DNA from: an uncultured Gemmatimonadaceae bacterium
GTDB taxonomy: Bacteria; Gemmatimonadota; Gemmatimonadetes; Gemmatimonadales; Gemmatimonadaceae
DNA length: 64,000 nucleotides
Direction of reading: 5' to 3'
Assembly (NCBI GenBank): GCA_963829055.1
Contig: CAWHHI010000019.1
Coordinates: 88,718-152,717, forward strand
Part shown: piece by piece, positions 34,635 to 44,037 of the stretch
Position numbering within the stretch: the stretch's first letter is position 1
How the letters are laid out: every line of letters begins with the position of its first letter
Notes under the pieces: generated by a model
What the model saw: the letters and a program-made list of their open reading frames with translations, nothing else
The model's database searches: none
What the model was told of the DNA's origin: nothing
Program-made: the position numbers and the translations under genes

Positions 34635-35645
34635 CTACGTGCGCAGCGATCGCAGGAATTCTTCGCAGTCCCGAATGCCGTAGACCATCTTGTCCCACCG
34701 TCCGTCGGGAAGCGACAGCGGCATCAGCTCAGCCAGGATCCAGCGCGAGATGAGGTTCGCCCGGTCAGCGATGTCCTTCTGCGCGTAGCCGCCCTCGGGA
34801 AACGCCATCTCGACGCGCAGCAGCCCCCACATCGGATCTCGGCCCGCGCAGTCGCGGACGCGAAGGTACCAGCTGGCGACCGACGTGCGATGATACGCAT
34901 CGACGCGAAGCACGCTCGAGCGATGATAGAGCGGCAGCGACTGCACGACTCGCATCGCGGCGCCGGAGACGTAGAGCGTGCGGTGACTCTTGATCACCCC
35001 AATCGCGTTCGGCGCAGCGGCGATGCGGTTGCTCGTCGCGATGCTGCCGTCGATGAACAACGGAGCCGACTGGGTCACGCACCACTCTTCGGCGAGCTGT
35101 CGCTCGGCGCGATCGCGATCCCGTTTGACGGCATCGAGCGCATGTTGCGCGACCACGAACGGATGCGGGTCGGACGACGCCCAGCTCCCGCCTGATTGAT
35201 TGGAGAGGGCGTCCGTCGTGTTCACCGGATCCCACCCGTGGTCGACGACCGCCTTCCACAGTGATGCCGGCACGAGGTCGCGCGGGATGTAGAGCCGACC
35301 GCTGCAGGCCGGGCGCTTCCACGTCACCATACGCCTCAGGACACGCTGGCGCACGACCGCCGCCACGCGCCCGTACACGATCGGAATGCCGTCGCAGTAA
35401 TGAACGACCTTGCTTTCCTGCGTGCCGTCGAGAAATGCCTCGAAGCCTGGCGTCGGCGGGTCGAAAACCCGCAGCGCGCGCACGGTTGTACTCTCGATCA
35501 CATCGGAGCTGACGACTCGTGGTGGCTCCGGCGGGGTGGCGGTCGTCTCAAGTGAGGGACCGAGGTCGTGCAGCGCTGCCGGGTCGTTCCGAAACAGTCG
35601 CAGCGCGTCGCGAAATCCTGCATCCGCTACGGGAGCGGTCATCAT
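34635..35645 (-). CDS. nurA: NurA-like nuclease (RNase H-like fold)
   Basis: FLDGT, E-RQLA, FIDGSI, IGVIKSH, SWYLR, LRVE, terminal CEEFLR; upstream of herA. Confidence 0.75.
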   Translation of the reverse strand: MMTAPVADAGFRDALRLFRNDPAALHDLGPSLETTATPPEPPRVVSSDVIESTTVRALRVFDPPTPGFEAFLDGTQESKVVHYCDGIPIVYGRVAAVVRQRVLRRMVTWKRPACSGRLYIPRDLVPASLWKAVVDHGWDPVNTTDALSNQSGGSWASSDPHPFVVAQHALDAVKRDRDRAERQLAEEWCVTQSAPLFIDGSIATSNRIAAAPNAIGVIKSHRTLYVSGAAMRVVQSLPLYHRSSVLRVDAYHRTSVASWYLRVRDCAGRDPMWGLLRVEMAFPEGGYAQKDIADRANLISRWILAELMPLSLPDGRWDKMVYGIRDCEEFLRSLRT

Positions 35646-35750
35646 GTGGCTCCTGCAGCGGTCGATACTGTACCAAAGAACCGACACCGGCGCGGCGATC
35701 CCGCGCGAGGTGTCTGCATCGCACGTGTGCCGTTCGCGGAAGTTTCGCTC

Positions 35751-36719
35751 ATGAAGCGTTTGGCGCTCATCGCGACCATCCTAGTGGCCGCCGCTGGGTG
35801 TGACAAGGCAAAGACGTTGATCGGACTCGGGCGTCCACCAGAGCCCGATGGTCCGCCGCCGGAGGCGCGCCTCGATCTCTCCCGGCGCCCCGACATCGTG
35901 TTCCAGCTTTTCGGGGAGCGCGATGACGCACGCATGGTCCCCATCGCCGCAGTCATCGATGGCGTGCTCAAGCCCATCGAGCTCACCGCGAGCGGCTGGC
36001 GTGAATTCGACGGGATGTACACGCGCTCGAGCAAGAGCTACACGATGTACCAGGACGGCGCGGCGATCGGCGCGGTGCGGGTTCGTCGCGGCATGTGGGA
36101 GCGCGTGGACGAGCCGCTCTACTCGTTGCCCGGCTGTAAGCTCGTCACGCCACTATCGGCAGTCGAGCTCGAGACCGACGCGCGTCTGAGCTACACCGTG
36201 GAGGCACTCGCTGCGACCTCCGGCGTCATGGTGCGCCCAAAGGCATCGGTGAAGTCGACGAAGGGTCTCGACGCACGCGCGCGTCGCATGGCATTCGACG
36301 TCGCGCGTTCCGCGGGGATCGACAGCGGTGCGCTCAGAGCCTCCGCGTTTCGCTCCATCGCCATCAACACCGGCGCGACGAAGTCACCAACGATCGTCGC
36401 GTCTTTTCTCGACCCGGAGTCGAGTGACAAGAACGGCTCGACGGCTCACGTATTCGCGCTCGCGGACGACGCGGGAAGCGGGTACCAGCCGACGTTCCGC
36501 CACACGGCGTCGGGCGTTGTCGGTGCGGCCGAGTTCCGGCGGTACATCGATCACCTGGACATGAACGGCGACGGGATCGACGAGATCGTGCTGGAAGGGT
36601 GGCAGTTCGCCGGCGAGACGTACGTGTCGGTATTGGGCTACGCGAACGGCGAGTGGCGGGAAGTCTTCCGCGGCCGCTCGAGCTGGTGCCTCGCGAAACC
36701 GAAACGCGCGACGGACTAG
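35751..36719 (+). CDS. hypothetical lipoprotein with an FG-GAP-like Ca-binding motif
   Basis: lipobox AAGC; DMNGDGIDEI. Confidence 0.75.
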   Translation: MKRLALIATILVAAAGCDKAKTLIGLGRPPEPDGPPPEARLDLSRRPDIVFQLFGERDDARMVPIAAVIDGVLKPIELTASGWREFDGMYTRSSKSYTMYQDGAAIGAVRVRRGMWERVDEPLYSLPGCKLVTPLSAVELETDARLSYTVEALAATSGVMVRPKASVKSTKGLDARARRMAFDVARSAGIDSGALRASAFRSIAINTGATKSPTIVASFLDPESSDKNGSTAHVFALADDAGSGYQPTFRHTASGVVGAAEFRRYIDHLDMNGDGIDEIVLEGWQFAGETYVSVLGYANGEWREVFRGRSSWCLAKPKRATD

Positions 36720-36749
36720 CGGGGCGCGGAAGGCGGACGGCGGCGCAGC

Positions 36750-37388
36750 CTAACGAGGCTGTGTGACCGCGACCAACAAGCCATCATACGCCGGAACGAG
36801 GATCGACGTGACGCGTCGATCATCCGCGATACGCGCATTGAAGTCGCGCAGCGCACGAACGTCGTCATCGTCGCCGCGCGCCTCGGCATTCGCGACGCGA
36901 CCGCCGAGCAGCGCGTTGTGGGCCACGATCATCCCGCCGGGACGCACCAGGCGCAGCGCCCACTCGAAGTACGTCGCCAGTGGCGCGCGGTCGGCGTCCA
37001 GAAACACCAGATCGAACTCCTCACCATCCAGCGACGGCAATACGTCCAGCGCGCGTCCGCGACGCACCTGCACCACCGCCGCGAGACCCGCGCGCCCGAC
37101 GTACCGTTCGGCGAACGCAGCGTGACGCTCGTCGCGCTCGAGCGTAATGAGCGTGCCGTCGCTCGGGAGCGCGCGCCCCATCCAGATGGCCGAGTATCCG
37201 CCCAGCGTACCTACCTCGAGCACGCGCCGTGCGCCCAGCGCGCGAAGCAATACCTGTAGAAAGCGGCCAGCGTCGGGCGAGATTGATGCGGGCGGCAGAC
37301 CGGTGCGGTCAGCTTCCTCGCGCAACGCGCCGAGGAGCTCGTCTTCGGGCGCGAATAGCGTGACGATGTACTCGGAGAGGTGATCCAC
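36750..37388 (-). CDS. SAM-dependent O-methyltransferase
   Basis: LEVGTLGGYS, FDLVFLDAD, DGL. Confidence 0.92.
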   Translation of the reverse strand: MDHLSEYIVTLFAPEDELLGALREEADRTGLPPASISPDAGRFLQVLLRALGARRVLEVGTLGGYSAIWMGRALPSDGTLITLERDERHAAFAERYVGRAGLAAVVQVRRGRALDVLPSLDGEEFDLVFLDADRAPLATYFEWALRLVRPGGMIVAHNALLGGRVANAEARGDDDDVRALRDFNARIADDRRVTSILVPAYDGLLVAVTQPR

Positions 37389-37445
37389 GCGAGCGCCCGC
37401 GGTTGAAGGCGGTTGAGGAAGCCCGCCTAACGTTTCGTCGGCCGG

Positions 37446-37724
37446 CTACTCGATACCGATGTCCCAGGCCTGCTCCAGATCCTTCTTCGAGTACGCGCGA
37501 AACGCCGTGAGCGTCTGCGTGCGCTGGATCGCCGTGACGTCGGGAAATCGCTCCGTCACCACCTGCGCGATCTGGTCGTACTCGGCGACCTTCACGATCG
37601 CGACGAGGTCCCACTCGCCCGAGACCGAGTACACCTCCTGCACGCCGTCGATGCTGGCGAGCTGCAGCGCCGCCTCGGGAATTCGCTTCGGGTCGGCCTT
37701 GATGAGCACGATGGTCGTGATCAC
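37446..37724 (-). CDS. Lrp/AsnC ligand-binding-domain-only protein
   Basis: GVQEVYSVSGEWDLVAIV; no HTH. Confidence 0.85.
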   Translation of the reverse strand: MITTIVLIKADPKRIPEAALQLASIDGVQEVYSVSGEWDLVAIVKVAEYDQIAQVVTERFPDVTAIQRTQTLTAFRAYSKKDLEQAWDIGIE

Positions 37725-38218
37725 TGCGCTTCCGGAAATGGGGGAACACCGAGGAGCCACACGCCGGCAATGCGATCCCGGCCATCGACGTCGATCAGGA
37801 TATCTCGCGCGATGCGCACGGTTTTCGTCTGCCGCATCGCGCCAAGCCGAAAATGAATCGTCTGCTCCGCGTCGTCCGCCTCGGCCGCCAGGGCGGTGTT
37901 CATCTCGATGGAGGCGATGCCGTTGTCGTTGCCGCCCACCATGATGCGCCCTTCGGTGACCTCATTCGGCGGCACCAGCGCCGAACGCTTCCGGACCTCG
38001 GGCCAGACGGCGACTTCGACCCCGTGGACGGACCCGCCGTTGAGATCGAGAATGAGCCATGACCCATCGGTCCCTTCGATTTCCACCGAGCCGGACGCAC
38101 CTTCGCTCGCGACGTGCGCGCGCAGGTTGGCGGTGAGGATGTCGGTATCGGTATCCCACCGATACTCCACGTCGCTCGGCGTTCCGTCCAATGGCTCCAC
38201 CCGGACTGCGATGCTCAC
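37721..38218 (-). CDS. hypothetical protein with two DUF2283-like halves
   Basis: WDTDTDIL...LILDLNGGSVHGVEV and DDAEQTIHF...ILIDVDGRDRIAGVWL. Confidence 0.6.
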   Translation of the reverse strand: MSIAVRVEPLDGTPSDVEYRWDTDTDILTANLRAHVASEGASGSVEIEGTDGSWLILDLNGGSVHGVEVAVWPEVRKRSALVPPNEVTEGRIMVGGNDNGIASIEMNTALAAEADDAEQTIHFRLGAMRQTKTVRIARDILIDVDGRDRIAGVWLLGVPPFPEAQ

Positions 38219-38441
38219 GGCATTTCTCCACCACGGGAGTGTCAATTTGCACGCTCGCTACGACCCGCGCACACCGATCCATTGCGGTGCGACGCCGAGA
38301 AACGCAAGCGGCGGCGCCGGCGCGGCAAAGATAGTAGACGCCTCGATGTGCTGACCAGACCACCACGGCGGGCTATACTTCCCGGCTCTCATACGATTTA
38401 TCGCGCCGCGATACCGCGGCATCGACCGGCAAGGAGTCCAC

Positions 38442-40364
38442 GTGGCAGAACGAGAAGCAACCGGAGTCGCGCGCAGCGCTCAGCACACGATACATGTGCT
38501 GCCCCACGCGCCCTACCTCATACCGCGCTTTCTCGCGCCAGCGCTGGAGCGTGTCGCCCCCGATGCGGAGGCCACACAGCTTCTCGTCATCACGCCGGAC
38601 GTCGACACCTCGCTGGCGATCGCGCAGGTCGCGCGGTCCATCAGCGATCGGTCGTCGGCGCCGATTGTACCCATCACGTCGGCAGCCCGCGGTGGACGCC
38701 TTCTCGGGTCACGGGTCATTCCGGCCATCGCGGCGACGCCGGGGACACTCGTCTCCCTCCTCAAGGCATCGGCCGTGAAGCTCGAGGCCGTACGCACCGT
38801 CGTGATCGCGTGGGCCGACGAGCTCTACACCGCCCGCGAAGGCGAGTCGCTCGAGGTCGTGCTCGCAGAGCTGCCGAAAGAGGCGAGTCGAATCGTCGTG
38901 GCGGACCGGATGACGCCCGAAGTGGAGGCACTCGTCGAACGCCATCTGCGTCGCGCCAGCCGACAGGGCGTCGCGACCACAGAGGATCAGGCCGTCGCGG
39001 CGCTGCCGATCCGGTACGTCACGACATCGTCGTCCGGCCGGGCGTCTGCATTCCGCCGGTTGCTCGACGACCTCGATCCGCCATCGGTGATCGTGCTCGC
39101 GAGCGACCCAGGTACTGCCGATGAGGCGCGGGCGGCGGTCGCGTCTCTGGGCTACGAAGGCGACGCGAACATCCGCGTCGAGACGGAAGCGGTGGCCGAA
39201 CAAGCCGCGTTGATCGTGCTATTCGATCTGCCAGCCACGGCAGATGAGCTGGTGAAGGTCGCAGCGACGGAGCCAGCGCAGGTCGTGGCGTTGGTGACGC
39301 CGCGTCAGGTTCCGGCATTGCGCCGTCTGACGTCAGGCGCTGTCGAGCCGATCGATGTGTCGCGCGCCGCCGCCAAGGCTCGCGCGAAGGACGAGCGACT
39401 CCGCGCCGCGCTTCGGGCCGAGTTGCAATCGGGATTTCCGGCGAGAGAGCTCATGGCGCTCGAGCCGCTCCTGTCCGAGTTCGATGGTGTCGAGATCGCC
39501 GCGGCCGCGTTGCGCCTCATGGAACGCGAGCGCGTGGACAACCCGCCGCCGCGGCGCGTGGAGTCGGAGAAGACGGTCGAGCGCACCGTCGAGAAGCCCG
39601 TCGAACGCGCGGAGCGCGGCCCGGAGCGGAGCGCGGAACGCGGAGGTGACCGGCCTCCCCGCTCGAGCGATCGTCCGGCACCCCGCGCGCCGCGCGGAGA
39701 TGCCGGCTTTACGCGCGTGTTCCTCACCATTGGTGAGCGCGACGGCATCCGTCCTGGCGATCTGGTCGGCGCCATCACGGGCGAGTCGGGAATCACGGGC
39801 GATCGCGTCGGAAAGCTCGAGATTCGCGAAGGCCATACTGTCGCCGAGATCGCGAGCGCTGACGCAGCGGCCGTCGTCGAGAAGATGAACGGTCTCACGC
39901 TCAAGGGTCGGCAAATCACCGCGCGCATCGACGAGCGTCCGGCGTTCCGGCCGCGCGAGGGTGGTCGAGAAAGCGGCGGACGAGAAGGAGGGCGTGACAG
40001 AGGCGGCCCACCGCGTCGCTCGGGCCCGAGTGCTGGTGGCCGTGGCGGATTCCGCGATGCAGGCCGTGGTGGGCCGCGCGACGGCGCTCGTGGTGGGTCG
40101 CGCGAAGGCGGTCGTCCGAGCTTTGGGGCCGGTCGCGGGCGACCCGAGCGTGGACCGGCTCGCGGTCCTGCACGTGGACCAGGGCGCGGTCCTGGCGCGG
40201 ATCGAGGGCCTCGCCGCGACGACGATGGGCCGCGCGGACGAACGGATTTCAGCGACCGTTCGAGCGAGGGCCGCGTTCCGCGCGCTACGCGTGAGCGTGA
40301 AGAGTGGACGGATCGCGCCGATGCGGTCCGCAATGCTCGTCGGCCACGCCGCGAAGAGACGTGA
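38442..40364 (+). CDS. DeaD/CsdA-like protein with degenerate helicase core, DbpA RNA-binding domain and RG-rich tail
   Basis: [22 protein letters not shown]bpA domain; no GKT or DEAD motif. Confidence 0.8.
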   Translation: MAEREATGVARSAQHTIHVLPHAPYLIPRFLAPALERVAPDAEATQLLVITPDVDTSLAIAQVARSISDRSSAPIVPITSAARGGRLLGSRVIPAIAATPGTLVSLLKASAVKLEAVRTVVIAWADELYTAREGESLEVVLAELPKEASRIVVADRMTPEVEALVERHLRRASRQGVATTEDQAVAALPIRYVTTSSSGRASAFRRLLDDLDPPSVIVLASDPGTADEARAAVASLGYEGDANIRVETEAVAEQAALIVLFDLPATADELVKVAATEPAQVVALVTPRQVPALRRLTSGAVEPIDVSRAAAKARAKDERLRAALRAELQSGFPARELMALEPLLSEFDGVEIAAAALRLMERERVDNPPPRRVESEKTVERTVEKPVERAERGPERSAERGGDRPPRSSDRPAPRAPRGDAGFTRVFLTIGERDGIRPGDLVGAITGESGITGDRVGKLEIREGHTVAEIASADAAAVVEKMNGLTLKGRQITARIDERPAFRPREGGRESGGREGGRDRGGPPRRSGPSAGGRGGFRDAGRGGPRDGARGGSREGGRPSFGAGRGRPERGPARGPARGPGRGPGADRGPRRDDDGPRGRTDFSDRSSEGRVPRATREREEWTDRADAVRNARRPRREET

Positions 40365-40969
40365 CGTCGTTCCAACTCACCGGCGGTTGGATCGAAGTGA
40401 TCGCCGGGGTCATGTTCAGCGGGAAGAGTGAAGAACTCATTCGGCGCGTCCGTCGGGCGATCATCGCACGCAAGCGCGTGCAGGTGTTCAAGTCACATCT
40501 CGACGGACGCTACGCCGGGATCTACGCGATTTCGAGTCATGACGGACGCACCGTCGAAGCGGTGCCGGTGGACTCGTCGTCGCAGATCTCGCAGTGCCTG
40601 GATCCGATGGCGCACGTCGTCGCGATCGACGAGGCGCAATTCCTCGACGAGTCGATCGTGGACATCACGACATCGCTCGCCGCGCGCGGAAGGCGAGTGA
40701 TCGTCGCGGGTACGGACACGGACTTCCGCGGTGAGCCGTTCGGCCCGATGCCGAACCTGATGGCGGTGGCCGAGGTGGTGGACAAGCTGCACGCGATCTG
40801 CGTGCTCTGCGGCGCGCCGGCGAGCCGGAACCAGCGTTTGGTCGATGGGCGTCCTGCACGGTACAACTCGCCGGTGATCCAGGTGGGCGGCCACGAGTCC
40901 TACGAGGCACGCTGCCGGGCGTGCCATCAGGTGCCGAGGCGGGACGAGGATCAGGGCCGGCTGCTGTAG
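40361..40969 (+). CDS. tdk: thymidine kinase
   Basis: [33 protein letters not shown]. Confidence 0.96.
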   Translation: MTSFQLTGGWIEVIAGVMFSGKSEELIRRVRRAIIARKRVQVFKSHLDGRYAGIYAISSHDGRTVEAVPVDSSSQISQCLDPMAHVVAIDEAQFLDESIVDITTSLAARGRRVIVAGTDTDFRGEPFGPMPNLMAVAEVVDKLHAICVLCGAPASRNQRLVDGRPARYNSPVIQVGGHESYEARCRACHQVPRRDEDQGRLL

Positions 40970-40976
40970 CAGCGGC

Positions 40977-41062
40977 GGGAACGGGGAACCGGGAACGGGG
41001 AACTGGGACGCCCCGCGTACACTGCGCGTGCTCCGGTTCCCAGTCCCTCCTCTCCGTTCCCC
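40977..41062. repeat. heptamer tandem repeat (GGGAACN x4) with a degenerate inverted partner
   Basis: GGGAACG GGGAACC GGGAACG GGGAACT ... ggttcccagtccc..cgttcccc. Confidence 0.7.
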
Positions 41063-41125
41063 GTGGTGACGCCTCCGGAGCCCCAACAGTCTGTCTTACG
41101 GACTCTACCGTTACCAGACAGGCTC

Positions 41126-41911
41126 ATGGGAATCGTCGCGGCGCTCATCAGGAGCCCCGAACAATTGCACCGCCTACGCGCCGCCATCCGCGGGCGCTAT
41201 CCGGTGTCCGCCTGTGACGGTTGGGACGCAGTGCGCCGGCTCTGCGACGCCGAGCCTGTGTCGCTTGCCGTGCTCGATTTTTACGTCGATGGCACGATGG
41301 ACCTGGACCCCGTTCGTCAGCTCCGACGGCTCTATCCCCGGCTGGTCACCGTCGGGTACGTGACCCTCCGGCCCGACCGGGTCCGTGACGTGTTCGACGC
41401 CGGTCGCGCCGGGCTCGATGGGCTCATCATCGCCGACCGCGACGACGCACCGACGGATCTCTGGGCAATCCTCGAGCGGGCAGAGACGCGTTCGGTCGCG
41501 AGCAGTCTCCGCACCACACTCGTGAACTGCGATCCCACGGTCCGCGACGCAGTGCTCGTCGCGGTCACCCGCGCGCACGAGAATCTCTCGGGCGACGGAC
41601 TCGCTCAGCTTCTTTCCATCCCCCGGCGGTCGCTGACGAAGCGGTTGACGCAGGCCGGCTTCCCGCCCCCGCCCCGTCTGCTCACCTGGGGACGCCTGAT
41701 CGTCGCAGCACAAATGCTCGACGATCTGAATCGCAGTGCCGACGCGGTTTCCGCCGCGCTCAAGTTCCCGTCGGGGAGCGCGTTCCGAAACACGTGCCAG
41801 CGATACCTGAGCGCCACGCCGACCGAGCTGCGTCAGCGCGGCGGAGCGGACTACGTGGTCAGCTTGCTGCTGGCCGAGTCGGACAGAGACGCCAGCCAGT
41901 CGGCTGCGTAG
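41126..41911 (+). CDS. AraC-family HTH regulator with a receiver-like N-terminus
   Basis: LAQLLSIPRRSLTKRL...LKFPSGSAFRNTCQRYLSATPTELR. Confidence 0.78.
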   Translation: MGIVAALIRSPEQLHRLRAAIRGRYPVSACDGWDAVRRLCDAEPVSLAVLDFYVDGTMDLDPVRQLRRLYPRLVTVGYVTLRPDRVRDVFDAGRAGLDGLIIADRDDAPTDLWAILERAETRSVASSLRTTLVNCDPTVRDAVLVAVTRAHENLSGDGLAQLLSIPRRSLTKRLTQAGFPPPPRLLTWGRLIVAAQMLDDLNRSADAVSAALKFPSGSAFRNTCQRYLSATPTELRQRGGADYVVSLLLAESDRDASQSAA

Positions 41912-41934
41912 CTGGGCGTCGCTCGGGCACTCGA

Positions 41935-42672
41935 CTACCGCGCATAGGCCAGGCGAAGGAACTCGTCGCGCGTCTTGGCGTCGTCGCGGAACGAGCCGAT
42001 GAGCGCGCTGGTGATGGTCTTCGAGTTCTGCTTCTCGACACCGCGCATCATCATGCAGAGGTGCATGGCCTCGATCACGACGCCCACACCGCGCGGTGCC
42101 AGTACCTCCTGCACAGCCTCCGCGATCTCGCCCGTTAGCCGCTCCTGCACCTGCAGCCGTCGCGCGAATACCTCGACGAGCCTCGGCAACTTCGACAGTC
42201 CCAGTATCCGTCCGTCCGGGATGTAGGCGATGTGCGCTTTCCCGAAGAACGGCAGGAGGTGGTGCTCGCAGAGCGAGTAGAGCTCGATGTCACGCACCAT
42301 GACCATGTTGTCGTGAGCTTCCTCGAAGACGCCCTCGCCGACGGCAGACTTCGCGTCCTGCCGATAGCCGCGCGTGAGCCAGGCCATCGAGCGCGCCACG
42401 CGCTTGGGGGTCCGGACCAGTCCTTCCCGGTCGGGGTCCTCACCGAGCAGTTCGAGCTGGCGTCGCACGGTGCCCTCGAACTCCGCCTCCTGCGCGTCTG
42501 TCAGAAGCTGACCGTCGCGGCCGACGGCCGCCGGCGGGAGCCCGGCCGCCATGACCGGTGTTTGAATTCGACTTGCCGTTGCCACGCCTGACCGGCGCGG
42601 CGGGGTACCCGTCGACGCCGCCTTTGTGCTGCCGTTGCCTCGCGTGCCGTCCCGACGATTCGACTTCGCCAC
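41935..42672 (-). CDS. folE: GTP cyclohydrolase I
   Basis: [32 protein letters not shown]. Confidence 0.97.
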   Translation of the reverse strand: MAKSNRRDGTRGNGSTKAASTGTPPRRSGVATASRIQTPVMAAGLPPAAVGRDGQLLTDAQEAEFEGTVRRQLELLGEDPDREGLVRTPKRVARSMAWLTRGYRQDAKSAVGEGVFEEAHDNMVMVRDIELYSLCEHHLLPFFGKAHIAYIPDGRILGLSKLPRLVEVFARRLQVQERLTGEIAEAVQEVLAPRGVGVVIEAMHLCMMMRGVEKQNSKTITSALIGSFRDDAKTRDEFLRLAYAR

Positions 42673-42847
42673 CTCGATCCTCCGTCGTGCGTGTGTCTCG
42701 CATTGGACGCGACAAGCCGCACCGCGACGGCCGCGTCGCCTGACAACATAGTGACCTCTAAGCGCTCAACGTACGTTGACTTTCCGTCCGGGCGGTTCCT
42801 ACCTTGCAAAGTCCAGCGCAGTGCTTTTTGCCGCCAGGCGTTCGCCC

Positions 42848-43477
42848 ATGCTTCTCATCGGTCTCACCGGAAATATTGCGAGTGGGAAGTCGACAGTCGC
42901 TCGGCTTCTTTCGGAGCGGGGTGCGACCATCATCGACGCCGATGTGCTCGCCCGCCGCGTCGTCGAGCCGGGGATGCCCGCGTTCGACGAGATCGTGCGC
43001 CGCTGGGGCACGTCCGTCGTCGCCCTGGACGGGAGTCTCGATCGGGACGCGCTGCGCCGGCTCGTCTTCTCGCGGCCCGAGCAGCTCGAAGAGCTCAACG
43101 CCATCGTGCATCCCGAGGTCGGGGCGTATCGCGACCGTCTCGTGAACGAAGCGCGGCAACGTGGCGACCGACTCGTCGTCCAGGACATCCCGCTCCTCTT
43201 CGAGCGCGGCATCGTGGACCAGTTCGATCGGATCGTGCTCGTCGACGCGCCCCGCCCGGTACGGCTCGAGCGCCTGATGCGCGAGCGTGGTCTCAGCGAG
43301 ACTGACGCGATGGACATGATGACCGCGCAGATGCCAGCAGAACTGAAGCGCGCGCGCGCCGACTATATCATCGAGAATACTGGCACCGTCCGCGAGCTCG
43401 AGGAGCGCGTGAGCGAGGTGTGGCAGGCACTCGAGCGCGAAGCGAACGCGCACGCGACGACGTCCGCCGTTTCTTGA
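42848..43477 (+). CDS. coaE: dephospho-CoA kinase
   Basis: IGLTGNIASGKSTV, IVHP, IPLLFE. Confidence 0.96.
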   Translation: MLLIGLTGNIASGKSTVARLLSERGATIIDADVLARRVVEPGMPAFDEIVRRWGTSVVALDGSLDRDALRRLVFSRPEQLEELNAIVHPEVGAYRDRLVNEARQRGDRLVVQDIPLLFERGIVDQFDRIVLVDAPRPVRLERLMRERGLSETDAMDMMTAQMPAELKRARADYIIENTGTVRELEERVSEVWQALEREANAHATTSAVS

Positions 43478-43536
43478 CGGCCCCGTAGGTCGCACTCTAG
43501 ACTTCGCGCTCGTCCTCAACCCCTTGGGAGCTCTAC

Positions 43537-43926
43537 GTGTCGTCGATCCCCGCCGATCTTCGCTATACCGCCGAGCACGAATACATCAAGTCCGCTGGCG
43601 ACAACAACGTCGTGCAGATCGGCATCACCGACTACGCGCAGGGTGAGCTCGGCGACGTGGTGTTCGTCGAGCTCCCGAAGGTCGGCGACAAGCTGAAGGC
43701 GCACGATGTCTTCGGGACGATCGAGGCCGTGAAGGCGGTGTCCGAGCTCTACTCGCCGGTTGCCGGCGAAGTGGTCGAGGTGAATACGCGTCTCGACGGC
43801 GAGCCGGCGCTCGTGAACAACGATCCGTACGGGGATGGCTGGATGATCAAGCTGCGTCTCGCGAACCCCGCGGACCAGAACGGCCTGATGGACGCAGCGG
43901 CCTACAAGACGCACGTCGGGGATTGA
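43537..43926 (+). CDS. gcvH: glycine cleavage system H protein
   Basis: GITDYAQ, EAVKAVSE lipoyl-Lys, DPYGDGW. Confidence 0.97.
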   Translation: MSSIPADLRYTAEHEYIKSAGDNNVVQIGITDYAQGELGDVVFVELPKVGDKLKAHDVFGTIEAVKAVSELYSPVAGEVVEVNTRLDGEPALVNNDPYGDGWMIKLRLANPADQNGLMDAAAYKTHVGD

Positions 43927-43929
43927 GTC

Positions 43930-44028
43930 GTCATCCCGAGCGAAGCGAGGGATCTTCCGTCCGAACGTCGTAGCTGGCTACGATGACCGGATAGAAGATC
44001 CCTCGTCGCTTTTGCTCCTCGGGATGAC
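43930..44028. repeat. REP-like palindromic element between convergent gcvH and gcvP
   Basis: GTCATCCCGAGCGAAGCGAGGGATCTTC...GAAGATCCCTCG...CTCGGGATGAC. Confidence 0.88.
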
Positions 44029-44037
44029 GCCGTTTCG

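Noticed and set aside
39940..40340. Repetitive GC-rich DNA as a separate repeat element
   Set aside because: Explained by the Arg/Gly-rich protein tail
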